DNA from: Patescibacteria group bacterium
GTDB lineage: Bacteria; Bacillota; UBA4882; JAAYXC01
Assembly: GCA_050260175.1 (NCBI GenBank)
Contig: JBLNBS010000070.1
Coordinates: 3,379 to 67,378, forward strand
Direction: 5' to 3'
DNA length: 64,000 bases
A program made the translations under genes and the position numbers. Position 1 is the stretch's first letter. Every line of letters starts with the position of its first letter. Positions 19,040 through 27,819 of the stretch are shown one piece after another. Below the pieces are notes generated by a model. The model was not told the DNA's origin. It searched no databases and worked only from the letters and a program-made list of their open reading frames with translations.

Positions 19040-19249
19040 TTGTGGTATCCTGTTACCGGGGAGGTGATCCGCTTGGAGTTCTTGACACCCGAGGAGGCCG
19101 CGGCCAAGCTCAAAGTGACCCGGCGAACGGTCTACAAATGGCTGACATCGGGGCGCATCAAGGGCGTAAAGCTTGGCGATAGTTCGTTATGGCGCATCCC
19201 GGAATCAGAGATGCTCCGCCTTCTCGGAGAGAGCCAAGGCCAAAAGTAA
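19040..19249 (+). CDS. Excisionase-family HTH DNA-binding protein (start uncertain)
   Basis: LTPEEAAAKLKVTRRTVYKWLTSGRIKGVKLGDSSLWRIPESEM matches the excisionase-family HTH fold. It lies next to attR. Confidence 0.5.
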   Translation: MWYPVTGEVIRLEFLTPEEAAAKLKVTRRTVYKWLTSGRIKGVKLGDSSLWRIPESEMLRLLGESQGQK

Positions 19250-19424
19250 AGGCCGGGGATCATCTCCCCGGCCGGTGATGGGCAATTCTCATGTATCCAT
19301 TTTGTATCCATATGGGCGAAAAAACGCCCTAAAAAACGGATGACGACGAAACCCATGATGGGCTAAAACCCCAGTATTATGAAGGACTTCGGGCACTGAT
19401 GAAAATACATGAAAAAGGCCTGAT

Positions 19425-19474
19425 CCTGACTTTTAATCAGGGAGTCTGGCGTTCGAGTCGCCAATGGCCCACCA
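19425..19474. repeat. attR: 50-bp copy of the tRNA-Lys 3' end
   Basis: Identical to 5417-5466. It lacks the 5' 26 nt of the tRNA. Confidence 0.7.
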
Positions 19475-19482
19475 GCTTTAAG

Positions 19483-19517
19483 AAGGGCTTGCGATTATTT
19501 CGTAAGCCCTTTTTTTG
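19483..19517 (+). terminator. Rho-independent terminator (probably the original tRNA-Lys terminator)
   Basis: Hairpin AAGGGCTTGCG-ATTATTT-CGTAAGCCCTT followed by TTTTTTT. Confidence 0.5.
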
Positions 19518-19739
19518 TACAACTCGCCATTATTAATACATGACCGCGGCCCGATACCTGCAGCCCCGCATGCTTTTTGGCGGTTAGCCGGATGGATCCG
19601 GCAACATATCATAGAACAGATCACGGAGTGCTCTGCATGGGCGAGAGCGGTTATTCCGCAATGATTCAAGCCTGATGCCAAGGTAAGCACCTCTGATCAA
19701 ATACCGGAATCGCTTGACGCAAAGAAGGGAGAGAACTAA

Positions 19740-19847
19740 ATGGGCGGCAGCACCGGCGGTCTCGGCATTTTCGGTGGCAATTTCGCCTTCATCGTCTTCT
19801 TGGTCTTCATCCTGTTGCTCTTTGGCGACAGTTTTCCCCGTAACTAA
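19740..19847 (+). CDS. YjcZ-like tiny glycine-rich transmembrane peptide (35 aa)
   Basis: MGGSTGGLGIFGGNFAFIVFLVFILLLFGDSFPRN. RBS AAGGGAGAG. Not in the ORF track because it is under 60 aa. Confidence 0.5.
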   Translation: MGGSTGGLGIFGGNFAFIVFLVFILLLFGDSFPRN

Positions 19848-19920
19848 GCACGCCTGAACAAAAGCCCGTCCTGGGAATCTGGTACGGTTGACTATTCTGT
19901 CGCAAAAGGTGGGTATCAGA

Positions 19921-19995
19921 ATGGGCGGTACCCATGGAGGATTAGGCGGCATCAACATTATCTGGCTCCTCCTCCTTTTGTTGCTCTTCCTCTAG
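19921..19995 (+). CDS. Second YjcZ-like tiny transmembrane peptide (24 aa)
   Basis: MGGTHGGLGGINIIWLLLLLLLFL; tandem paralogue of the preceding peptide. Confidence 0.4.
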   Translation: MGGTHGGLGGINIIWLLLLLLLFL

Positions 19996-20222
19996 ACCAA
20001 GACAGCCGCTTAAACCAGGCTATAGCCAAGACCAAAGCCCGCTCAGGCGGGCTTTTTTCCACTTGCGACAGCATGTCGGGGAGGGGCGGCGCGGCCTACG
20101 GGGCCGGTGTACAGTGCTGTATTGCCGCGGCGGGATCGGGGCCGGTTGACCCGCGCGCCGGTCTGTGGTATCATAATTGATGCCCCCGGGCGAGGAGAGT
20201 TCGCGGGGCGGCAGTATGACAA

Positions 20223-20298
20223 GCGCCCGTAGCTCAGCGGATAGAGTGCCGGACTACGAATCCGTAGGCCGCTGGTTCAAATCCAGCCGGGCGCGCCA
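20223..20298 (+). tRNA. tRNA-Arg (anticodon ACG), including CCA
   Basis: Acceptor GCGCCCG/CGGGCGC, anticodon loop CTACGAA, T loop TTCAAAT. Confidence 0.8.
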
Positions 20299-20308
20299 AG
20301 AATGACGA

Positions 20309-20340
20309 GGGTTTCCGGGATCGCCGGAAACCCTTTTTTG
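20309..20340 (+). terminator. Rho-independent terminator after tRNA-Arg
   Basis: Hairpin GGTTTCCGG-GATC-GCCGGAAACC followed by CTTTTTTG. Confidence 0.55.
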
Positions 20341-20896
20341 CTGCCGGGGGACCTAGTGTTCAGTATATCTCCGGGCTTGGCTTCGAGCATGGCTTTGGGT
20401 ATAAGATCGAGCGGAGATGTCAAGATTGGCCATGGATGTTTGATCGAAAAAGAAAGAAGGTTGCGTGATGGACCAAGCTGATAAAATTCGAGAAAACCGG
20501 TTGCGGAGGATGCTGAAGAGGCAAGGATTTTGCCTGGTCAAATCCAGGCGGCGCGACCCAAGGGCCATCGATTACGGCGGGTACATGATCGTGAACGAAT
20601 CCAACGTGGTTGTGGCCGGCGAACTCAACACGGGCTGGGTGTTGTCGCTCGACAGTGTCGAGCGCTTCGCGCTCGGAAAAGGCCTGGCGAGGCAAGGGCC
20701 GCTTCCGACTGAAGGGTGCGGGCAGGGAGCGGGCGGGTTCCGCGGGCGGTGACCGCGGGCAGGTGCGGCCGGGAGGCGATGTCGAAGAGAGGGGAAAACG
20801 CGCCCCTGGGATACTGGCGATGTGGCGCGGGGGAGCCCGTCTCCATCCCGCCGGTTGGTTGCCAGTCCCAGAGGGCGAAGGGAGGACGGGGCCGCA

Positions 20897-21868
20897 ATGC
20901 AGATCCCAACTGAGTTGCGCATCGCCATCGCGGACGAAGTCGGATCGCGGCCCATCAAGGCCATCGGCGCGGCCGCCTCCAGGCTTTCCAGGAGCTATCG
21001 CGGCGGCATGCCTCCCGGCGAAGGCAAACACCTCCATTCATACGAGGATGTGCTTGCCTATGCCGCGTTCCGCATGCCGGCCACGTTTGCCGCCATATAT
21101 GCCGCCCTTCACCAAATCACGGACCGTTCCCCAAACCTGAAGCCAAGATCATTACTGGACGCGGGCGCCGGCCCGGGCACGGGGATGTGGGCGGCGTCGA
21201 TTCTCTGGCCGGATTTGGAGCATATCACTCTGCTCGAGCGGGATGAGGATGCGATCGATCTCGGCAGAAGAATTGCCTCCCGTTCCCTCTCGATAGCCGT
21301 GCAGAAGGCGGACTGGGTCAAGACCGATCTCGAGAAAACATGGCCCGTCCCGCCGCATGATTTGGTCATTGCCTCGTACGCGCTGAACGAACTGCCGCAG
21401 AACACGAGAACGGCAATTATCCAACAGCTCTGGCAAAGCACGGGGAGTGTCCTGGTGATCGTGGAACCCGGCACACCCCAAGGATTCCTGCTGATCAAGC
21501 AGGCACGGGAATTGCTGCTTCAAGCGGGCGCCAGGACCATGGCTCCCTGTCCCCACGACAAGACGTGCCCCATGGAGGAGAGAGACTGGTGCCATTTTTC
21601 GCGGAGAGTGGCGAGAACACAACTGCATCGCCAGGCAAAGGCGGGAGAGTTGTCTTACGAGGATGAGAAATTTTCCTTCCTGGCCATGTCCCGGACGAGC
21701 GGTGAAGCGATTAAAGGCCTGGTCATAAGGCATCCCCAGATCAGGAAAGGCCATATTCATCTCAAGCTTTGTACGCCGGATGGTTTGACGGATGCCATAA
21801 TAACTCATAAAGACAAGGGGTTATTTCGAAAGGCGCGTGATTTGCGCTGGGGTTCGATTTATGATTGA
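20897..21868 (+). CDS. Rsm22-like SAM-dependent methyltransferase
   Basis: SAM-binding motif LLDAGAGPGTG and a Cys cluster CPHDKTCP...WCHF, as in bacterial Rsm22 homologues. Confidence 0.45.
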   Translation: MQIPTELRIAIADEVGSRPIKAIGAAASRLSRSYRGGMPPGEGKHLHSYEDVLAYAAFRMPATFAAIYAALHQITDRSPNLKPRSLLDAGAGPGTGMWAASILWPDLEHITLLERDEDAIDLGRRIASRSLSIAVQKADWVKTDLEKTWPVPPHDLVIASYALNELPQNTRTAIIQQLWQSTGSVLVIVEPGTPQGFLLIKQARELLLQAGARTMAPCPHDKTCPMEERDWCHFSRRVARTQLHRQAKAGELSYEDEKFSFLAMSRTSGEAIKGLVIRHPQIRKGHIHLKLCTPDGLTDAIITHKDKGLFRKARDLRWGSIYD

Positions 21869-22022
21869 TTCAATACCAGAATGCAAAACCGCGGGGCCCA
21901 ATCACCGGGCGCCCGCGGTTTTGCGCTCTCCCCCGGCGCCTCTCCGCCGCCGGCATCCGTACGTGCCGCAAGCGGTTCCCCGCCGGGCTCCTGGGGAAGC
22001 GGGAAGCAAGGCGCGGGCCGGG

Positions 22023-22388
22023 TCAGGTCTTTTCGCCCGGCTGCTCCTTGGTCACGAACCAGCGGTGCAGGAAGTACTCGGCCACGGCAAGCACGATGCC
22101 GATGGCCGCCAGGCCGCCGAGGGTGATGTCGAACCGGGTCATGAGGCGGCTCATGATCCAGAGGATCACCCCGGCCGTGACCCCGTCCGCGATGGCGGTC
22201 GCCAGGGTGCCGATGGCCGGCAGGAGGAAGAGGTCCCAGAGAAAATAGAGGATCACGGTCACGACCGCGCCCGACAGCACGGCGTTGCCGAAGGTCATGC
22301 GGCCCGCCGACGCCCCCACGAGCCAGATGACGGCCGTGGTGACCAGGAATTTGACGAGCAGGTTCACCCAATGCCGCACGGATGCCAA
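22023..22388 (-). CDS. Small integral membrane protein (four predicted helices)
   Basis: Hydrophobic helices; composition typical of Firmicute membrane proteins. Confidence 0.4.
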   Translation of the reverse strand: MASVRHWVNLLVKFLVTTAVIWLVGASAGRMTFGNAVLSGAVVTVILYFLWDLFLLPAIGTLATAIADGVTAGVILWIMSRLMTRFDITLGGLAAIGIVLAVAEYFLHRWFVTKEQPGEKT

Positions 22389-22537
22389 CTCCTTTTCGGG
22401 GATCTTGCGCTAGTCTCCCACAGGAAAGAGGGGTGTTATGCTGGTAAAGCGGTCCCGAGCGCGGGGAGGCACGGGAAGGGCATCGATTGCCAGATTTTTC
22501 TTCTTGGCCGCGCGCCGGAGGCGTGATAGAATTGAAT

Positions 22538-22551
22538 CGAACAAATGTTCG
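22538..22551. promoter_or_regulatory. LexA box (Gram-positive Cheo box) CGAACAAATGTTCG upstream of dinB
   Basis: Perfect match to CGAAC-N4-GTTCG, 15 bp upstream of the GTG start of the polymerase IV gene. Confidence 0.55.
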
Positions 22552-22565
22552 TGGGAGGGGAAAAC

Positions 22566-23774
22566 GTGCCCAAGCTGCTCGTCGACTGCGACGCCTTCTT
22601 TGCCAGCTGCGAGCAGGCCCGCAACCCCGGTCTCAGGGGCAAAAAGGTCCTGGTGGCGGGGGACACGGAGCGGCGCAGCGTGGTCGTGGCCGCCTCCTAC
22701 GAGGCGCGGCAGGCGGGCGCCAAGGCGGGCATGCCCATCCAGGCGGCCCGCAGGCTCGTGCCGGACGGGATCTTCATCATGGGCGATCACGGCTTCTACA
22801 TCGACTGCAACCTCAAGCTCTTCCGCAAGCTCCGCTCCTACCGGCATCCCGTGGAGATCTATTCCGTGGACGAGTTCTTCGTGGACTTCCCGGGCTCCTA
22901 CGAGGGGGCCGAGGCCATGGCGGGCGACTTCCGCGCCTGGGTCCGGTCGGACCTGGGCATCACCGTTTCCATCGGCATCGCGCCGACCAAGGTCTACGCC
23001 AAGCTGGCGGCGGAGATGCAAAAACCCGACGGGATGACGGTGCTCCGCCCCGGGGACATCCCCGCGGCCGTGCAGGACCTGCCCGTGGGCAGGCTGTTCG
23101 GCGTGGGGCCGCGGACGGAGGAATTCCTCGCGGGCCGCGGGGTGAGGACCATCGGGGACCTGCGGCAATACCCGCCCGAGCTCCTCGAGGCGGAGCTCGG
23201 CGCCAGGGGCCGCTGGCTCCACGCGGCGGTGATGGGGACAGACGATGATCTCGTCAAGGTGGTCCCCGATCCATACAAATCCATGGGCAACGAGATGACC
23301 CTGCCCGCGGATACGGACGACCCCCGGACCATCCGCGCCTTTCTCTATTACCTCGCGGACATGGTGGCCAGGCGCCTGCGGGCCGACGGCTCCGCGGCGC
23401 GCACCGCGCACCTGTACGTGAGGTACGGGGACTTTACGGGCTTTGCCAGATCCAGGACCATGCCCAGGCCGGGCTTTTTGGCCGAGGACCTCCTGGCGGC
23501 CGCCGAGGCCCTGCTCGCCAAGCATCACCGCGATCCCGCGCGCAAGATCCGGCTGCTCGGCCTCGGCGCCTCCAACCTGGTGCGGGCCAACGGCTTCCAG
23601 CTCCCCCTCTTTGCCGGGGAGCAAAAGGCGCTGGCCCTGGCCAGGGCCTTGGATCGCATCAGGGATGCCTACGGGCAGGACGCCATCGGCCGCGCCTCGA
23701 GCTTTGCCGTGCAGAACGCGCCGCATCTCGCGACCTTCGCCATCGTGCCCGGCACGGGCCGCAGGCCGCCGTGA
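22566..23774 (+). CDS. dinB: DNA polymerase IV (Y-family)
   Basis: N-terminal LLVDCDAFFASCEQ and SIDE-type catalytic motifs (YSVDEFFVD). RBS GGGAGGGG precedes the GTG at 22566. The ATG at 22545 lies inside the LexA box. Confidence 0.85.
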   Translation: MPKLLVDCDAFFASCEQARNPGLRGKKVLVAGDTERRSVVVAASYEARQAGAKAGMPIQAARRLVPDGIFIMGDHGFYIDCNLKLFRKLRSYRHPVEIYSVDEFFVDFPGSYEGAEAMAGDFRAWVRSDLGITVSIGIAPTKVYAKLAAEMQKPDGMTVLRPGDIPAAVQDLPVGRLFGVGPRTEEFLAGRGVRTIGDLRQYPPELLEAELGARGRWLHAAVMGTDDDLVKVVPDPYKSMGNEMTLPADTDDPRTIRAFLYYLADMVARRLRADGSAARTAHLYVRYGDFTGFARSRTMPRPGFLAEDLLAAAEALLAKHHRDPARKIRLLGLGASNLVRANGFQLPLFAGEQKALALARALDRIRDAYGQDAIGRASSFAVQNAPHLATFAIVPGTGRRPP

Positions 23775-23844
23775 GCGGCTTCCGCGCGGCGCCGGTGAAA
23801 GAAGCATGCACTTCAGCGTGACATAACTAGGCCGGTGCGTTATA

Positions 23845-26238
23845 ATGGAGGTGTCCCACACAAAGCCGGAGCTTGATTGCCGGGTTGCTGCGGATGGCCC
23901 GCGGTTCGTCCCGCCCGCCCTTTGGCGCGCCCCTTGGGCTCCAGTAGAACGGAGTGACTCGATGACAGGGGTTCTCCTGCACCGGGAACCGGAGCTGATT
24001 CGCTATCGCGATTATATCCTCGACGATTTCCAGGTCGAAGCCATCGAGGCGCTGAACCGGGGCAACTCGGTGCTGGTGGCGGCCCCCACCGGGGTGGGCA
24101 AGACCCTCATCGCCGACTACCTGATCGACCTCGCCATGGCCCGCGGCGACCGCATCATCTACACGGCCCCGATCAAGGCCCTCTCCAACCAGAAATTCAA
24201 GGAGTTCAAGGAACTCTACGGGCCGGACCGCGTGGGCATCATCACGGGAGACGTGGTCATCAACCCCGACGCCGAGGTCGCCATCATGACCACGGAGATC
24301 TTCCGCAACATCCTCCACCAGGACCAGGCCAGGCTGGAGGGGATCACGCATCTCGTCTTCGACGAGATCCACTACCTCTCGGACGAGGATCGCGGCACGG
24401 TCTGGGAGGAATCCATCGTTTTCATGCCGGACCGCATGCGGCTCCTTGGCCTTTCCGCCACCATCCCCAACGCGGAGGAACTGGCCGCCTGGATCCAGGA
24501 GATCAAGGGGCACCGGGTCGAGGTGGTGCGCAAGGCCACGAGATCTGTGCCGTTGCAGCACCATTACTTCGAGCGGCACCTCGGCGCCACCACCCTGCCG
24601 GAGATCAAGCGCTACGTCTCCCGCCTGGAGCAGTCCGATCCCACGCTCCTGGGCGGCAGGCAGGCCACCCGCCACCTGGACCTGATCAGGCACGCGGCCA
24701 AGACGGGCGGCCTTCCCCTGCTCTACTTCGTCTTTAGCCGCCGGCTCTGCGAGGAGATGGCCTACGAGGCGGCCGAGCAGCGGAGTTACCTGGGGCCGGC
24801 CGAGACGGCCAGAGTGGAGGCCCTGGTCGAGCGGTTCTATGCCGAGCAGGGCATCGACAAGCTCAAGCATCTCGCCCGGGTAAAGCAGCTCTTGGCCAGG
24901 GGCGTCGCCTTTCACCACGCCGGGGTGCTGCCCTCGCTCAAGGCCGTCGTGGAGCATCTTTTCGGCCTCGGGCTGATCAGGGTGATGTACGCCACGGAGA
25001 CCTTTGCCGTGGGCATCAACTACCCCGTCAAGACGGTCTGTTTCGACTCGCCGACCAAGTTCGACGGTTTCACCTTCAGGCCCATGACCACCCTGGAGTA
25101 TTTCCAGATGGCGGGCAGGGCCGGCCGTCGGGGCATCGACACCAAGGGGACGGTCTATCTCCTGGCGGATCTCTCCCATTTCCGGGCGGCGGACTTTCCG
25201 AGCACCCGCGAGGAGGACATCCTGCCGCTGCAGAGCCGGTTCGAGCTGTCCTTCAACACCGTGCTCAATCTCAAGCGCAACTACACCTCGGAGGAGATCC
25301 AGGTCATCCTGGACCGCAATTTCGCCACCTACCAGGCGAGGAACGAGCGCGCCCGCCTCGAGGCGGAGCTGCGGGCCGCGCGCGCCGCCGCCGCCGAGCT
25401 GCGCCAGGGTCTCTGCCCGGACCGCGAGGCGCGCGACTGCCCCAACAACTACCATCGCGCCAAGACCCGGCTCAAAAGGCGCCAGCACCGGTTGAAACGG
25501 AGCGGCTCCACCGCCGGGCTGCTCGAGGAGATGCAGTCGCTGCGCGGCGAGATCGCCGGCGTGCGCCCGCGTCCATGCCAAAAGGATAAGCAGCGCAGGT
25601 GCAGGAACCAGAACCTCCGCTACGAGCAGGCCACCCAGAACGTGCAGGAGCTGTACAGGCGTATGACCGAGATCAAGGTGGCGGGCAGGTTCGCCGAGTC
25701 CCTGGCGCTCAAGGAGCGCATCCTGAACGACCTCGGTTACCTGCACGGCGGCAAGCTCCTGCCGCGCGGGGAGTTCGCGGCGGAGATCTACGCCCAGGAA
25801 CTGCTCCTGACGGAAATCTACCACGCCGGGCTCCTGCACGACTTGGACGTGGACCAGGTCAACGCCCTGCTCGTCGGAGTGGACTACGAGCCCCGCAAGG
25901 GCGAGATGGGCTGGCCGCGCGACCTGCCGTTCGACCCCAAGCCCGTGCGCAGGATCCTGCGCGACCTGGTCTACCGTTACGGCGTGGACGAAAAAGACGC
26001 CCGTTTCCATCCCTCCTTCGCCCCCCTGGCATACCGCTGGAGCAGGGGATGCACCTTTGCCGAGCTGATCAAGGGCCGGGCGAATATCCAGGAGGGCGAC
26101 GTCGTCATCGCCTTTCGCCGCGAGATCGACATCCTGCGGCAGCTCCGCACGGCCTGCCGGGGGGATGAGTCGCTCTCGGCCAAGCTGCGGGAGTGTATGG
26201 ACCGCATGGACCGGGATCTGATCCAGGTCAAGCTTTAA
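23845..26238 (+). CDS. Ski2/HelY-like DEAD/DEAH-box helicase (start may be the ATG at 23962)
   Basis: Motif I AAPTGVGKT, motif II DEIHYL, SAT and the helicase C motifs. The C-terminal region has Cys pairs (CPDREARDCP...CQKDKQRRC). Confidence 0.75.
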   Translation: MEVSHTKPELDCRVAADGPRFVPPALWRAPWAPVERSDSMTGVLLHREPELIRYRDYILDDFQVEAIEALNRGNSVLVAAPTGVGKTLIADYLIDLAMARGDRIIYTAPIKALSNQKFKEFKELYGPDRVGIITGDVVINPDAEVAIMTTEIFRNILHQDQARLEGITHLVFDEIHYLSDEDRGTVWEESIVFMPDRMRLLGLSATIPNAEELAAWIQEIKGHRVEVVRKATRSVPLQHHYFERHLGATTLPEIKRYVSRLEQSDPTLLGGRQATRHLDLIRHAAKTGGLPLLYFVFSRRLCEEMAYEAAEQRSYLGPAETARVEALVERFYAEQGIDKLKHLARVKQLLARGVAFHHAGVLPSLKAVVEHLFGLGLIRVMYATETFAVGINYPVKTVCFDSPTKFDGFTFRPMTTLEYFQMAGRAGRRGIDTKGTVYLLADLSHFRAADFPSTREEDILPLQSRFELSFNTVLNLKRNYTSEEIQVILDRNFATYQARNERARLEAELRAARAAAAELRQGLCPDREARDCPNNYHRAKTRLKRRQHRLKRSGSTAGLLEEMQSLRGEIAGVRPRPCQKDKQRRCRNQNLRYEQATQNVQELYRRMTEIKVAGRFAESLALKERILNDLGYLHGGKLLPRGEFAAEIYAQELLLTEIYHAGLLHDLDVDQVNALLVGVDYEPRKGEMGWPRDLPFDPKPVRRILRDLVYRYGVDEKDARFHPSFAPLAYRWSRGCTFAELIKGRANIQEGDVVIAFRREIDILRQLRTACRGDESLSAKLRECMDRMDRDLIQVKL

Positions 26239-26386
26239 GAGTCTTCAGGGCTTACGCTCTCTACGATTGAGGCAGCTTTCGTCAAGGATTGCGATCTGAA
26301 CTCGCCCCTGACCGGGGTGAGTTCAAAAACTAAGCGAAACCTCCATCGCCGTTCCGCGTACCAAGAGAACAGAACACGCAGAAGGA

Positions 26387-26980
26387 GTGAACGGTGCAGT
26401 GAAAAAAGGATGCCTCGGACTGGTCGTCGTCTTTGGCGGACTCATTGTTCTGGCTCTCATCCTCGTGCTTTACGGCATCGGCTTCAACAACGCCGTCATC
26501 AGGATGCAGGAAGGCATCGACTCCCAGTGGGCGCAGATCGACAACCAGCTCCTGCGGCGCAGCGACCTCATCCCCAACCTCGTCAACACGGTCAAGGGGT
26601 ACGCCAAGCACGAGCGGGAGGTCTTTACCAACCTGAATAACGCCAGGAACCAGTTGCTCGCGGCCAACACCGTGGCGGCCAAGGCCCAGGCGGCCGGGTC
26701 GTTCGAGGCCGCCCTCAACCGGCTCATGGCGGTGGTGGAGAACTACCCGCAGCTCAAGGCCGACGCGCAGTTCAGCAAGCTCATGGACGAACTGGCCGGG
26801 ACCGAGAACCGCTTGTCCGTGGAGCGCATGCGCTACAACGAGCAGGTCAGGGACTACAATACCAAGATCAAGCAGTTCCCCGGGGCGATCATCGCCGGCA
26901 TCATCGGGGCCCGCGCGCGCGACTACTTTGAGATTCCCAAGGAAGCCGCGGCCAGGCCCGAGGTGGACTTCAACGAATAA
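26387..26980 (+). CDS. LemA-family protein (start probably GTG at 26399)
   Basis: N-terminal transmembrane helix followed by the LemA domain (QIDNQLLRRSDLIPNLVNTVKGYAKHEREVFTNL...RMRYNEQVRDYN). Confidence 0.75.
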   Translation: MNGAVKKGCLGLVVVFGGLIVLALILVLYGIGFNNAVIRMQEGIDSQWAQIDNQLLRRSDLIPNLVNTVKGYAKHEREVFTNLNNARNQLLAANTVAAKAQAAGSFEAALNRLMAVVENYPQLKADAQFSKLMDELAGTENRLSVERMRYNEQVRDYNTKIKQFPGAIIAGIIGARARDYFEIPKEAAARPEVDFNE

Positions 26981-27013
26981 GCCGCGGCCTTTGCCCGGCG
27001 GACGGGAGGATGC

Positions 27014-27811
27014 ATGAACTTGCGACACCGGCTCGGTTTGGCGCTCCTGCTATTGCTGGGGGGCGCGCTCCTTGCCGCTCCGGCAGGCGGCGCGGCGGCG
27101 CGATTCCCCGCCTTGACCGGGCGCGTCGTGGATAACGCCGGCCTGTACGGCCCGGAGGAGGAACAACTGCTCACGCAGGCCCTGGCCGATTTCGAGGCGG
27201 CCACCACGAACCAGTTCGTGGTGGCCACGGTGGACAGCGTGGGTGATGACGATATCGACCTGTATGCCGCGGAGCTTGCCCATTACTGGAAGCTTGGCCG
27301 GGCGGACAAGGATAACGGCGCCCTGCTCCTCGTCGCGCTCTCCGACCGCAAGGTGGCGATCGCCGTCGGCTACGGGTTGGAGGAACGCCTGACCGACGGC
27401 ATCTGCGGCGAGATCATCCGCGGGCGGATCACGCCGTATTTCAAGAGCCAGGAGTATTTCGAGGGGACAAAAGCCGGATTGGCGGCCATGATGGCAAGGG
27501 CTGAACCCGGGTATCAACCCGCCTTTGCCGCCGGTCTCGCCCCGGCGCCCGCGGCAAGGGAGAAACGCAGGGACGGCAGCTTTATCCCGGCCATGGTCGT
27601 GGCCATCATCATCTTCTCCATCCTTGGTTCGATGGGCAGCAAGGGCAGGAGCCGCCGGTACTGGCGCGGGCGGGGCATCTCCACCTTCGGCGGGGGGTTC
27701 TTCGGCGGCGGCTTCGGCGGGGGCGGATTCTCGGGCGGCGGCGGTAGCGGCGGAGGCTTCAGCGGCGGCGGCGGCGGTTTCGGCGGCGGCGGCGCCAGCG
27801 GAGGATGGTGA
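27014..27811 (+). CDS. TPM-domain protein (YgcG-like) with a Gly-rich C-terminus
   Basis: Signal peptide, TPM domain (VVDNAGLY...FVVATVDSV...ALLLVALSDRKVAIAVGYGLE), a transmembrane helix, and a GGGF-repeat tail. Confidence 0.7.
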   Translation: MNLRHRLGLALLLLLGGALLAAPAGGAAARFPALTGRVVDNAGLYGPEEEQLLTQALADFEAATTNQFVVATVDSVGDDDIDLYAAELAHYWKLGRADKDNGALLLVALSDRKVAIAVGYGLEERLTDGICGEIIRGRITPYFKSQEYFEGTKAGLAAMMARAEPGYQPAFAAGLAPAPAAREKRRDGSFIPAMVVAIIIFSILGSMGSKGRSRRYWRGRGISTFGGGFFGGGFGGGGFSGGGGSGGGFSGGGGGFGGGGASGGW

Positions 27812-27819
27812 GCGGAGTG

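Larger units (their letters stand above)
5417..19474. mobile_element. Integrated element (prophage-like or phage-satellite-like) inserted in the tRNA-Lys 3' end
   Basis: Bounded by 50-bp direct repeats derived from the tRNA 3' end. A tyrosine integrase gene starts 14 bp after the intact tRNA. Contents are xis-like, rep-like, tape-measure, capsid-like and tail-fibre-assembly-like genes. Confidence 0.75.

Noticed and set aside
19478-19958. Minus-strand ORFs 19478-19690 and 19584-19958 from the track
   Set aside because: They overlap the attR/terminator and the plus-strand YjcZ-like mini-genes, and they have no RBS or motif. Likely spurious.
20465-20752. 95-aa plus-strand ORF after tRNA-Arg
   Set aside because: It could be a small real gene (GTG-ATG start after GAAAGAAGG). 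The 3' half is Gly/Arg low-complexity and it has no conservation signal I can see, so I did not call it.
22410-23861. 483-aa minus-strand ORF antisense to dinB
   Set aside because: Antisense to a clearly conserved Y-family polymerase and compositionally biased. Spurious.
23827-26010. 727-aa minus-strand ORF antisense to the helicase gene
   Set aside because: The composition is non-protein-like (poly Arg/Gly/Leu/Val with no motifs). The plus strand carries complete helicase motifs.
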